39,333 nucleotides of DNA from Octopus bimaculoides (lineage: Eukaryota): assembly GCF_001194135.2 (NCBI RefSeq), contig NC_068997.1, forward strand, positions 49,825,704-49,865,036. The letters run 5' to 3'. The notes beneath the pieces were generated by a model. It had not been told where the DNA came from. It saw only the letters and a program-made list of their open reading frames with translations, and did not search any database. Every line of letters starts with the position of its first letter. Position 1 is the stretch's first letter. The position numbers and the translations under genes are program-made. Below, one piece after another: positions 1-10,205 of the stretch.

Positions 1-291
1 GATAGATATGACAGGTTAGCTTGGGAGGTTAAGCAGTTGTGGTCGATGGAAAAGGTGGTAGTAGTACCAATAATTATTGGAGCCCTGGGAACAGTGAGTA
101 AAAATCTCAAGAAGTACGTGGAACAAATAGGGGGCTGCAATAAGGGTGGAGCACTTGCAGAAAACAGCACTGCTTGGAGCCGCTTGAATACTCCGGAAGG
201 TGCTTGAAAAATAAGAGGTGTTACCTTAGTTCACTGGTAGTGAACAACTGACACCACAGTACATCTCCAGCATTAGAAGCTGTGCAAAGGC

Positions 292-320
<29 letters not shown>
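1..320 (+). mobile_element. 3' end of an R4/Dong-like (restriction-like endonuclease) non-LTR retrotransposon with (AAT)n tail, frameshifted
   Basis: Translates across a frameshift to YDRLAWEVKQLWSMEKVVVVPIIIGALGTVSKNL...LQKTALLG..ILRKVL*. (AAT)n at 292-320. Confidence 0.75.
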
Positions 321-323
<3 letters not shown>

Positions 324-613
324 TTACTTCAAGCTTTGGCACAAAGGGGAGAGAATTAGTTGGTTACATCAACTTCAGTCGTCAAGTGGTACTCATTTTT
401 TATCGACCTTGAAAAGCATGGAAGGTAAACATGATTATGTTAAAAAATACTGTATTTTAAGGGAGGCATTTTTTAAATATTGTAGTTTGAGAGTCAGTTA
501 CTTTCTGGAACAAGAAAAATTAATATAAACAAATATGATAAAAAAATTTTTAAAAAAAGACTTAGAAACATTATCCTAAAATAGACGAACAAAATAAAAA
601 ATAAGCTATTTAC

Positions 614-750
614 CAGATTCATCCTGGCTGATCCAAGCAATGGTGATACCCCCTAGTAAATTGTCACTGAAACGTAATAGGAATGTACCACCTCGCTTTG
701 GTGATAACATTTGTTGAGCTTGATCCTTTGCAATGAAACCAGCAATTAAA
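614..750 (-). CDS. STAT: STAT exon, SH2 N-half: [45 protein letters not shown](G); gene continues beyond the left edge
   Basis: ttttgtag acceptor, G|gtaaat donor, 137 nt, phase 2 to 1. Contains the GTFLLRFSD...GGITIAW SH2 signature. Confidence 0.96.
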
Positions 751-784
751 CTACAAAAGAAAGCATAAATAAATAAATAAATAA

Positions 785-990
785 TAATCCTTTCTATTAA
801 AGGCACAAGGCCTGCAATTTTTTTTTTTTTTTTTGCAGGAGGACTAGTAGATTACATTGCCCCCAGTGTTTCACTGGTACTTAATTTATCGACCCTGAAA
901 GGATGAAAGGCAAAGTCGACCTGAGCAGAATTTGAACTCAGAACGTAGCGACGGACAAAATACCACTAAGCATTTCTACCAGCTCACTGC
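785..990 (-). mobile_element. tRNA-derived SINE family A (core GAGTTCAAATTCCGCCGAGGTCGACTTTGCCTTTCATCCTTTCGGGGTCGATAAATTAAGTACCAG)
   Basis: Core recurs at about 13523-13769 (-), 20765-20910 (+), 26636-26830 (-), 27845-27965 (-), 35240-35405 (-), 36826-37025 (+), 37260-37440 (+), with partials at 321-420 and 15980-16030. B-box-like GAGTTCAAATTCC. Confidence 0.8.
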
Positions 991-1514
991 CATATTTCTA
1001 AAATGATATTAAAAAGTATAACTGATAAAAATAATCTTCGATTTAAAACTAATAATTCCATTGTTCTTTTGTGTCATTACTGCTTTTTAATGAAAAATAT
1101 TTCTAAAAATTTAATGAAAATCCTTAACCTAATTGATAAAGAACAATAAAAAAATTTTTTAAATCAGCCATATTATATTGATACAATTGGAATATTTTTA
1201 TGCTTATCAACCCCTTGGATATCCACTCACAGCCCACCCCCACCGGGGGGGGGGAGGTCAATACTGACCACTCTGATCTAGATTCCGCTCCAGAGTCAGC
1301 AAATGAAAAAAGAAATGAAGCTACATTATGAAGAAGTAGTACTCTAATAGAAAATCGATGGTATTGTAAACCACCATCAAAGGCATCACATGCAACCAAC
1401 GGTACCACAGACAACCAGTGGTATTGCATACCACCAATAATAGCACAACGGACAACCAGTGGCTATTGTAAACCACCTCAAATGGTACCACAAGCAAGCA
1501 AAGATACTCTAAAC

Positions 1515-1811
1515 CAGGGGTTTTCAAACTGTGGTCCGCGGACCACAGGGGATCCGCAAGGACAAGACAGAGGGTCCGTGGACAGCAAATACTTTTTATG
1601 GGCAAATTGATTTTATATATGTTTTTTAATCGAAATCTTTTAATTGACAATAAACCTATTTGTTAAATACTGTTAAATAAATAAATGTAAAAATATATGT
1701 TATTTTAAGCAAATATTTATGCATAAATTTCATAAGCGTTTATAAGGGGGTCCCTAAGGTAAAGCCTGAAATATAAAGGGGTCCGCAAGTCAAAAAGTTT
1801 GAAAACCCCTG
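1515..1811. mobile_element. Non-autonomous hAT element (MITE), 297 bp
   Basis: TIRs CAGGGGTTTTCAAACT / AGTTTGAAAACCCCTG. Perfect 8-bp TSD CTCTAAAC at 1507-1514 and 1812-1819. Confidence 0.92.
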
Positions 1812-1856
1812 CTCTAAACAACTAACTGTAGCGTTAAGGTAGCCAGCAATACTTAC

Positions 1857-1951
1857 TTTTCTTTGTAGAACCTGTGTAAATGATCTTTTGTCAGTTTTAC
1901 AATAGCATAAAACCATTCCCAGAATGTGAAATTCTTCTCTCTCATATTTTC
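1857..1951 (-). CDS. STAT: STAT exon, linker end: ENMREKNFTFWEWFYAIVKLTKDHLHRFYKE(N)
   Basis: tttgtag acceptor, AA|gtaagt donor, 95 nt, phase 0 to 2. Contains the FTFWxWF motif. Confidence 0.95.
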
Positions 1952-1989
1952 CTACAAAAAGACAAAAAAAAATAATAAAACAGTATAAA

Positions 1990-2125
1990 AGATGAGCATT
2001 CCTTTACACATACATATACATGTGTGATGTGTGTGTGTGTGTGTGTGTATTTGTGTTTGTGGGGGGGTTGTGTGTTTGTGTGTTGTGTGCTTGTGTGTGT
2101 GTATTTGTGTGTGTGTATCTGTGTA

Positions 2126-2169
<44 letters not shown>

Positions 2170-2170
2170 C
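1990..2170. repeat. (GT)n-rich microsatellite
   Basis: Direct reading. Source of the HTHTHT pseudo-ORFs. Confidence 0.95.
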
Positions 2171-2398
2171 GCGCGCTTTGATACCAAACAGACAGGTGAG
2201 TGAAGTGTAGGTAGTGTATGGGATACAACACTAATTACGTACCACCTGTACAACAAACGTCACCCTCATCATTGTTTCGATATCCAATTTCCCCATGCTT
2301 GCAGGAATTGGACAGGATTTATTCAGGCAGATTTTCTACAGCTAAACACCCTTCCTGATGCCAAACTCTCATACATTTCCCAGAAAGGTAATATTTAC

Positions 2399-2575
2399 AG
2401 TTCTACATTTCAGAGATGAGGAATTATGTACATTATTTACAATTGACAGATATTGGTCCTCATCTTGTTTGTTGTTAACACAACATTTCAGCTGATATAC
2501 CCGCCTGCCTTCATCAGGTGTCTTGGTGAAAATTTTGAACCTGGATTCTCCAATGTTATTATTATTACTATTATT
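2399..2575 (-). mobile_element. 3' part of the tRNA-head/(AAT)n/hammerhead repeat (copy C)
   Basis: Reverse complement aligns with 31730-31898, including the terminal cataattcctcatctct...tagaact. Confidence 0.8.
2477..2522 (-). ncRNA. Degenerate minimal type I hammerhead ribozyme motif (copy C)
   Basis: Minus strand reads GACAC-CUGAUGA-A-GGCAG-loop-CAGCU-GAAA-U-GUU-GUGUU. One A-A mismatch in stem II, and C15.2 is U. Confidence 0.55.
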
Positions 2576-2584
2576 GTTGTTGTT

Positions 2585-2722
2585 CAGTAGTTTTATTTTT
2601 ATAACGTGCTTTCACTTCACTACTGAGCGCAGCTCTGTGTGCCTTGGGTATGTGCTGTGGTTTGCTGTGATGCTCTTATGGTTACTGTATTGAAAGTGTT
2701 TTGTGTAGAATGTGTGCAGTAC
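2585..2722 (-). mobile_element. Short 5'-truncated R4/Dong-like 3' end (GTAHILHKTLSIQ* plus 3'UTR)
   Basis: Near-identical to 19898-20025. Confidence 0.8.
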
Positions 2723-2780
2723 AAAAGGAATATATATATATACTGATAGTTATTAATATAGAATACTATATAATACATAC

Positions 2781-2839
2781 CTTACAGAACTGACTCCAAG
2801 TGAGAACATGTCTGGAAAAATCTTCATCGGGATTGCTAT
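2781..2839 (-). CDS. STAT: STAT exon, linker: (N)SNPDEDFSRHVLTWSQFCK
   Basis: ttttcaaag acceptor, AAG|gtatgt donor, 59 nt, phase 1 to 0. Contains the WSQFxK motif. Confidence 0.93.
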
Positions 2840-2939
2840 CTTTGAAAAAAAAAAATATATATATATATAAATATAAATATATATAGCTGACTGCATGCCC
2901 TTCAAACTGGTGGTGATAGAATTAACATTATGGGCAGAA

Positions 2940-3245
2940 ATCAGATTACAGAAATGACAGTAATGAGAAAGTTGACAATATACAATTGACAGTAAGGACA
3001 TAATTGGTGATGACAGAATTGACAGTAATGACATAAGTGGTGGTAACAAAATTGACAGCAGAGAAACACAATTGACGACACAGAACTGACTGTAAGGACA
3101 TTATTGACAGCAAGGGCAAGATGACGACAGAAGTGAGAATAAGGACATGACTGATGAAGAAAGAATCAACAGTAATGAAATGCTGCAATTGACAATATAG
3201 AATTGACAGTCAAGAGACAAAATTGACAATAAGGACATGATAAAA
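2940..3245. repeat. Degenerate low-complexity tandem repeat (AATTGACAG / TAAGGACAT units)
   Basis: Recurrent aattgacag and aaggacat words. Confidence 0.7.
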
Positions 3246-3547
3246 TTGACAAGGTGGTTGGTATTAGGAAGAGCATCCAGCCATAGAAACCATGCCAAAA
3301 CAGACACAGAAGTCTGGTGCAGTCTTCTGCCTGGCCAGCTCCTGTCAAACCATCTAACCCATGCCAGCATGGAAGGCGGATGTTAAACAACAACGACAAT
3401 GATGATGATGATGAGCATTAAATCTGACAGAGTAATCTGAATGCTAAGAGGTTAAACCATAGGAAGGAAGAAATAAAGGATAAGTGGAAGGAAGGTAGGA
3501 AGGATAATAAATAAGGAAGCAAATCAAATAGGTTTAAACATACGTAC

Positions 3548-3683
3548 TGAATAATTTGGTTGCCAAATAGTTTGTGTCTTCTGGTTTTAAGGGAATGCCT
3601 ACGTCGGTTTTAAATTTTTCACTCAGCATTTTAGCACACTCAGACCAATGAACTTGATCAGGAACTTGGAATAGCATACGATT
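3548..3683 (-). CDS. STAT: STAT exon, linker: NRMLFQVPDQVHWSECAKMLSEKFKTDVGIPLKPEDTNYLATKLF(N)
   Basis: ttttccag acceptor, A|gtacgt donor, 136 nt, phase 0 to 1. Matches STAT5 PFAVPDKVLWPQL...KF...FLAQKLF. Confidence 0.94.
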
Positions 3684-4849
3684 CTGGAAAATACAGAGGA
3701 CTGATAAGGAACCAATACAGCCTTACCATTCCATAACAGACAATGGATCCATACAACGTCCCCGTTCAATAAATCAGTGTTTCTGAGCCTTTTTGGTATC
3801 AACTTGCCTGAGATTGCTCCTTGTTGTTTGACACAAACATCATGTTTTGAAATGTGAAATGATTTGAATTAAAATCTTCCATCAAGTTTCCATGTTAATT
3901 TATGTTCAGACATGTCAATTTATGTTCAGCTTAAAAATGAGTAAATTATTTTACTCAATTTTTCTTTATTTCCAAAATTAAAAAAAAAGGTAGTTCATCT
4001 CAAAACAAACTGATATTAGAGTGTTTACATCCGTGTAACTTAACGGTTCAGCAAAAAGAGCAAGATAAAATAAGTACCAGTCTTAAAAAAACAGAAAGGA
4101 GTGGGGTCAATTCATTCAACTAAAATTTCTTCAAGGAGACGCCCCAGCATGGCCGCAGTCTAAAGCCTGAAACAAGTATAAAAGTAGCAAGTAAAATAGG
4201 ATAATTGGACAATGCAGACTATGATGTACCAGGAGACGAAATGGTCACAGCATGTCTTGGGAAGATCAGAGGTTTATTCAATCAGGGCAGATTTGAGACT
4301 ATACAACAACAGATTTGAACAATTACACCAAGGGCAATATAAACAACACACTCCTACATAAGAGATACAGCAGCACTAACCAATACCATACAAACCAGTA
4401 AAGTCTGCCTACAAGGTACTCTAAAAGGTTACCCAGTAGGGTACCCCAAACAATGCTCACCCTCCAAAAAATAAACCCACTGATCATTAGCCTATCTCCT
4501 AACAACAGTTTCCCCACTTTAGAGACACACTAGTGCTAATCACTAGTGAACAATCCTATAAGGTATGCCAACAAGGTACCTCAAAAGGATACCCAGCAGG
4601 GTACCCCAACAATGTTCTCCCTTCTAAAAAATACACCCACTAATCATTACCCTTTCCCCTAACAACAATTTCCAACCTTAGAGATATACCAACACTAACC
4701 ACGAGCTAATCACCCAACAAATGCCCCAATAATACCCAGACATCTAGCATTATACATCAACAAGTAGAGGCTCAAAAAACATTTGATAGTTGAGAGGTAG
4801 ACTGACAGGGTACCTTGTCAATTAACAGGTGCCCACTACCTTCCTCGGT

Positions 4850-5235
4850 GGAGGCACAATGGCCCAGTGGTTAGGGCAGTGGACTCATGGTCATAGGATC
4901 GCGGTTTTGATTCCCAGACCGGGCGTTGTGAGTGTTTATTGAGCGAAAATACCTAAAGTTCCACGAGGCTCCGGCAGGGAATGGTGGTGACCCCTGCTGT
5001 ACTCTTTCACCACAACTTTCTCTCACTCTTACTCCCTGTTTCTGTTGTGCCTGTAATTCAAAGGGGTCAGCCTTATCACACTCTGTGTCATGCTGAATAT
5101 CCCCGAGAACTATGTTAAGCGTACACGTGTCTGTGGAGTGCTCAGCCACTTGCACATTAATTTCACGAGCAGGCTGTTCCGTTGATCGGATCAACTGGAA
5201 CCCTCGACGTCGTAAGCGACGGAGTGCCTACAAAA
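4850..5235 (+). mobile_element. tRNA-derived SINE family D, near full length, with (AAC)-like tail
   Basis: A-box TGGCCCAGTGG and B-box-like GGTTTTGATTCCC. Second copy at 12176-12472 (+). The central domain is shared with 25440-25515. Confidence 0.82.
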
Positions 5236-5351
5236 AACAAACTACCTTCCTCAACAACAACCTGAAATCTCATATGTCAACACACAGGGTGTCAAATAAC
5301 TCATACAACTACCCCTAGAAATAAGAACAACAATATGGAAGATTAACTTAC

Positions 5352-5444
5352 AGGTTCTGCAAAATGGTTGTCCCACAAAATTGTTGCCATTGCTTTACAT
5401 TCTTGATTTCCATGAACAGTAACCACAACTGGATTAGACAGGGT
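5352..5444 (-). CDS. STAT: STAT exon, DBD/linker: [31 protein letters not shown]
   Basis: ttctacag acceptor, CCT|gtaagt donor, 93 nt. Matches the hallmark SLPVVVIVHGxQ...ATxLWDNAF. Confidence 0.96.
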
Positions 5445-5605
5445 CTGTAGAAGAGAAGGTTCATGTTACATATTAGCCATGCTTTTGTCAGTTTGTTTAT
5501 ATCTATCTATCTATCTATCTATGATTAGTACTCAGAGACAGGCTGAAGTGAGCTGACCGGTAATCACATGACTTCAGGTTTTGCATCAGTGTTTATCTCC
5601 TGGAA

Positions 5606-5922
5606 CAGTGGTTCCCAAAGTGGATGGTATTGCACCCCCGCTGGGAGTGGCAGAAAGTTCCAAGGGGGTGTTGAAGAAAAGTGGGGCGATAATGGGGTGG
5701 CGATTCATGTAAAAAGTAGGACTTTAATGGGGTAGATATTCATGTAAAAACAACAAAATAATGGGTTCATTAGGTTGGTTAAGTTTTATTTGTTAAATAA
5801 AGTTGCTTTGAATCTGCTTCAGAAAGAGGTCTATGAAAGAGGTCATAGTTTGGGGTGGGGGCACTAGGAATGTGGCCTGGGTGTTAAGCGGGTGGCAGAC
5901 TGAAAAAGTTTGGGAACCACTG
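5606..5922. mobile_element. Non-autonomous hAT element (MITE), 317 bp
   Basis: TIRs CAGTGGTTCCCAAA / TTTGGGAACCACTG. Perfect 8-bp TSD TCCTGGAA at 5598-5605 and 5923-5930. Confidence 0.92.
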
Positions 5923-6141
5923 TCCTGGAAGGATGCTGTGAAAACAGTTAGAAGCCCCTCGCTCCTGACAGTTTTACTGCATACCCTGAAGCCGACCAAG
6001 AAAATTTCTGCATCCTTGCATTCAGATAGATTGTTGTTACACATGTTAGTTAACACAATTTGAACAGATAAGCATTAGATTTGACAAAATCTGTACATTA
6101 AAGGGTTAATAGGATATGAATAAAATCAAAAACATATGTAC

Positions 6142-6222
6142 CCATACAGAGAATTTTAGATCTTCACCACCAACTTTAAATTCTGTTTTAAACAGAATGG
6201 CAAATTTCTCTTCAGTCACAGC
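6142..6222 (-). CDS. STAT: STAT exon, DNA-binding domain: AVTEEKFAILFKTEFKVGGEDLKFSVW
   Basis: ttaattag acceptor, TGG|gtacat donor, 81 nt. Contains the VTEEKF motif. Confidence 0.94.
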
Positions 6223-6733
6223 CTAATTAAAAAAAGAGAAAAAGAGAAAAGGAGAAAGATGAAGATTGAGACATAGGCAGCAATATTACAACGAAGCCTT
6301 TTTCTAAACTAACTAAAACCATTCCACCACAATCAAAATCTAATCCTTTCTTATCAATTTATCATTTTCTTGCTTCCGTTTCTTGAAACCATCCTGTTAC
6401 CATATTTCAGTTGAAATGTATTGCCATTGTTTCAATTTATTTTAAAATTAATAAAGGATTTAGTAAAATATTTTTACCTTTGTTAACTCTTTTTTTTTTT
6501 TATCAGATTTCTGTTGAAATATACTGTCTTGGTTTCAAATGGTTTAAAAATTAATGAAGAATGTAATAAAATAGTTTTGCCATTATTAAGCCTTATATTT
6601 TGTTTTTATACCTTGAAGCAATGTCCTGAGGTCAGGACATTTATCAAGTTAGATAAACTAAAGAAAACCTTTAACAAGGACTCTGTTACTTAACCCCTAA
6701 CAAACATCCTAATAGGATAAGTCCACCACGTAC

Positions 6734-6775
6734 CTCTGTAGATCTTCGTTCAGTCCTTTTGATTTTCTTCAGTTG
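6734..6775 (-). CDS. STAT: STAT micro-exon, DNA-binding domain: QLKKIKRTERRSTE
   Basis: aattcag acceptor, GAG|gtacgt donor, 42 nt. Matches STAT5 SLKRIKRADRRGAE. Confidence 0.92.
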
Positions 6776-6833
6776 CTGAATTAGATAAAAATTATTTCAT
6801 ACGAATTAGTAAAAATTGAATATAAAAAGAATA

Positions 6834-7468
6834 NNNNNNNNNNNNNNNNNNNNNNNNNNNNNNNNNNNNNNNNNNNNNNNNNNNNNNNNNNNNNNNNNNN
6901 NNNNNNNNNNNNNNNNNNNNNNNNNNNNNNNNNNNNNNNNNNNNNNNNNNNNNNNNNNNNNNNNNNNNNNNNNNNNNNNNNNNNNNNNNNNNNNNNNNNN
7001 NNNNNNNNNNNNNNNNNNNNNNNNNNNNNNNNNNNNNNNNNNNNNNNNNNNNNNNNNNNNNNNNNNNNNNNNNNNNNNNNNNNNNNNNNNNNNNNNNNNN
7101 NNNNNNNNNNNNNNNNNNNNNNNNNNNNNNNNNNNNNNNNNNNNNNNNNNNNNNNNNNNNNNNNNNNNNNNNNNNNNNNNNNNNNNNNNNNNNNNNNNNN
7201 NNNNNNNNNNNNNNNNNNNNNNNNNNNNNNNNNNNNNNNNNNNNNNNNNNNNNNNNNNNNNNNNNNNNNNNNNNNNNNNNNNNNNNNNNNNNNNNNNNNN
7301 NNNNNNNNNNNNNNNNNNNNNNNNNNNNNNNNNNNNNNNNNNNNNNNNNNNNNNNNNNNNNNNNNNNNNNNNNNNNNNNNNNNNNNNNNNNNNNNNNNNN
7401 NNNNNNNNNNNNNNNNNNNNNNNNNNNNNNNNNNNNNNNNNNNNNNNNNNNNNNNNNNNNNNNNNNNN
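6834..7468. other. Assembly gap (N run); other gaps at 8746-9496, 11445-12175, 13770-14581, 16241-16571, 20117-20257, about 29813-30109, 31136-31145, about 33061-33273 and about 37584-38471
   Basis: Direct reading. Confidence 0.98.
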
Positions 7469-7953
7469 GGATGGTAACAACAGGCTCCATTAGATTGGAG
7501 CCTGGTGTTGCCATCCGGTTTCACCAGTCCTCAGTCAAATCGTCCAACCCATGCTAGCATGGAAAGCGGACGTTAAACGATGATGATGATGATGATGATG
7601 TGTAAGATATAAGTTAGAGGTCATGTAACTCTCTAAGGGATAGATGTATCCATAGGCACTCCTGGTGTATTACCTCAGTATGTGTAGAAACAGCTGTAAC
7701 CAAACTCTCATTTTAATTAAATAATGACCTTAAAACACCAATGATCCACTTCTCAATGTTAATTATTGCTCCACTTATTGCTCCACTTAATTATTGCTCC
7801 AGAGAGAGAGAGAGAGAAAGAGAAGAAGGTGGAGGAGGAAAGAAGAAAAAGGAGAAAAAAGAAAAGGAGGAGAAAAGAAGAACAACAATAAACAAACAAA
7901 CAAACAAACAAATTATATAAATTATGTAAATCTACTGAATGTGAAAGACTTAC

Positions 7954-8083
7954 CATGTTACGGAATCTCACAGACAAGAAATCATTGTCAACTATTTCCA
8001 TTTTGCCGACATTGTTCACAATCTCTCCCATTGTCTCATTATTCCCTGGTTCATTTTTACTAGATTGTCTGGCATCTTGTTCC
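7954..8083 (-). CDS. STAT: STAT exon, DNA-binding domain: xEQDARQSSKNEPGNNETMGEIVNNVGKMEIVDNDFLSVRFRNM
   Basis: tttccag acceptor, ATG|gtaagt donor. Contains GEI(L/V)NN and FRNM motifs of STAT5-type DBDs. Confidence 0.93.
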
Positions 8084-9515
8084 CTGGAAACAAATATATA
8101 CATTATTGAGTGGCCGTGCAGTCAAGGAGTTTGCGATAAGACAGTTCAGGTTTCAATCCCACAGCAATTGCAAAAATGTCTGTTGCCATATCTTAGGAGT
8201 GGAATGTGATGAGAGTTGGAAACTTCATAAGCCTCTCTCTTTCACTCATTCACACACACACACACACTTTTTCCTAGTGAGCTAATATTTCCCCGTGATT
8301 GAACATGCTCTCATGAGAGACTGGAAACAAAGAACATTATGATAGCGACCTTTATTTAAAGTTATTGCTCAATGCCAAGACAAAAGGACATGTAAACACA
8401 CACACACACACACATTCATGTACACATGTATATGATGGGCTTCTTTCAGTTTCCATCTATCAAATCCACTCACAAGGCTTTAATCAACACAGATCTGCAG
8501 TAGAAAACACTTGTCAAGGTGATTAGGTGATGAGGCAGAACCTGAAACCATGTGGTTGAGAAGCAAACATTTTAAACCACACAGCCATGCCATAAGTTTT
8601 AAAAGATTTTGAATCATTGAAATCTTTAAAGAGACTTGTTTTGAAATGTTTGAAATCTTGAAATCTTTCAATTTTGAAATCTTTAAAGAGACTTGAATCT
8701 TTAAAGAGACTTTTTGGGTAAGGCCAAAACAATGCATGAAGATAANNNNNNNNNNNNNNNNNNNNNNNNNNNNNNNNNNNNNNNNNNNNNNNNNNNNNNN
8801 NNNNNNNNNNNNNNNNNNNNNNNNNNNNNNNNNNNNNNNNNNNNNNNNNNNNNNNNNNNNNNNNNNNNNNNNNNNNNNNNNNNNNNNNNNNNNNNNNNNN
8901 NNNNNNNNNNNNNNNNNNNNNNNNNNNNNNNNNNNNNNNNNNNNNNNNNNNNNNNNNNNNNNNNNNNNNNNNNNNNNNNNNNNNNNNNNNNNNNNNNNNN
9001 NNNNNNNNNNNNNNNNNNNNNNNNNNNNNNNNNNNNNNNNNNNNNNNNNNNNNNNNNNNNNNNNNNNNNNNNNNNNNNNNNNNNNNNNNNNNNNNNNNNN
9101 NNNNNNNNNNNNNNNNNNNNNNNNNNNNNNNNNNNNNNNNNNNNNNNNNNNNNNNNNNNNNNNNNNNNNNNNNNNNNNNNNNNNNNNNNNNNNNNNNNNN
9201 NNNNNNNNNNNNNNNNNNNNNNNNNNNNNNNNNNNNNNNNNNNNNNNNNNNNNNNNNNNNNNNNNNNNNNNNNNNNNNNNNNNNNNNNNNNNNNNNNNNN
9301 NNNNNNNNNNNNNNNNNNNNNNNNNNNNNNNNNNNNNNNNNNNNNNNNNNNNNNNNNNNNNNNNNNNNNNNNNNNNNNNNNNNNNNNNNNNNNNNNNNNN
9401 NNNNNNNNNNNNNNNNNNNNNNNNNNNNNNNNNNNNNNNNNNNNNNNNNNNNNNNNNNNNNNNNNNNNNNNNNNNNNNNNNNNNNNNNNNNNNNNNCAAA
9501 TTATAGTGTGGCTTG

Positions 9516-9675
9516 CAATGCGTAGCTCACCCAATGCATAGCTCACCCAATGCGTAGCTCACCCAATGCGTAGCTCACCCAATGCGTAGCTCACCCAATG
9601 CATAGCTCACCCAATGCATAGCTCACCCAATGCATAGCTCACCCAATGCATAGCTCACCCAATGCATAGCTCACC
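9516..9675. repeat. 16-bp minisatellite, 10 copies of CAATGC(G/A)TAGCTCACC
   Basis: Direct reading. Units are identical except one G/A position. Confidence 0.95.
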
Positions 9676-9789
9676 ATTGCCTTTATAGGTATTTATACCT
9701 CCAGTAACATTAAAAAAAAATCAACTGATACATAAATAAAACTTTTGAATCCATCACTGTACACACACACATACTCACACACAGTCACA

Positions 9790-10205
9790 TATCTCTCACT
9801 CTTTACTCTTTTACTTGTTTCAGTCATTTGACTGCGGCCATGCTGGAACACCGCCTTTAGTCAAGCAAATAGACCCCAGGACTCATTCTTTGGAAGCCTA
9901 GTACTTATTCTATCGGTCTCTTTTACCGAACCACTAAGTTACGGGGACGTAAACACACCACCATCGGTTGTCAAGCGATGTTGGGGGGACAAACAACACA
10001 GACACACAAACATACACACACACACATACATACATACATACATATATCTGACGGCCTTCTTTCAGTTTCTGTCTACCAAATCCACTCACAAGGCTTTGGT
10101 CGGCCCAAGGCTATAGTAGAAGACACTTGCTCAAGGTGCCACGCAGTGGCACTGAACCCGGAACCATGTGGTTCGTAAGCAAGCTACTTACCACTCAACC
10201 ACTCC
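9790..10205 (-). mobile_element. tRNA-derived SINE family B (CORE-like GGCACCTTGGGCAAGTGTCTT), full length with internal microsatellite
   Basis: Other copies or parts at about 8425-8590 (-), 12815-13050 (-), 16052-16200 (+), 17880-18115 (+), 23315-23392 (-), 24980-25105 (-), 25560-25845 (-), 4020-4185 (+), 38520-38730 (-). The CORE-like label is based on motif resemblance only. Confidence 0.8.

Noticed and set aside
1916-1924. Perfect GAS site TTCCCAGAA inside a STAT exon (another at 2377-2385)
   Set aside because: The first is explained by the codons for conserved F-W-E. The second lies in a degenerate repeat. Both are expected by chance.
8275-8320. Acceptor-like tttgtttccag followed by ..HGEILAH, reminiscent of STAT GEILN
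   Set aside because: All three frames stop within about 50 nt, there is no donor, and the real GEIVNN exon is at 7954-8083.
9516-9675. Possible CRISPR-like array
   Set aside because: Contiguous units with no spacers, eukaryotic context, no cas genes.
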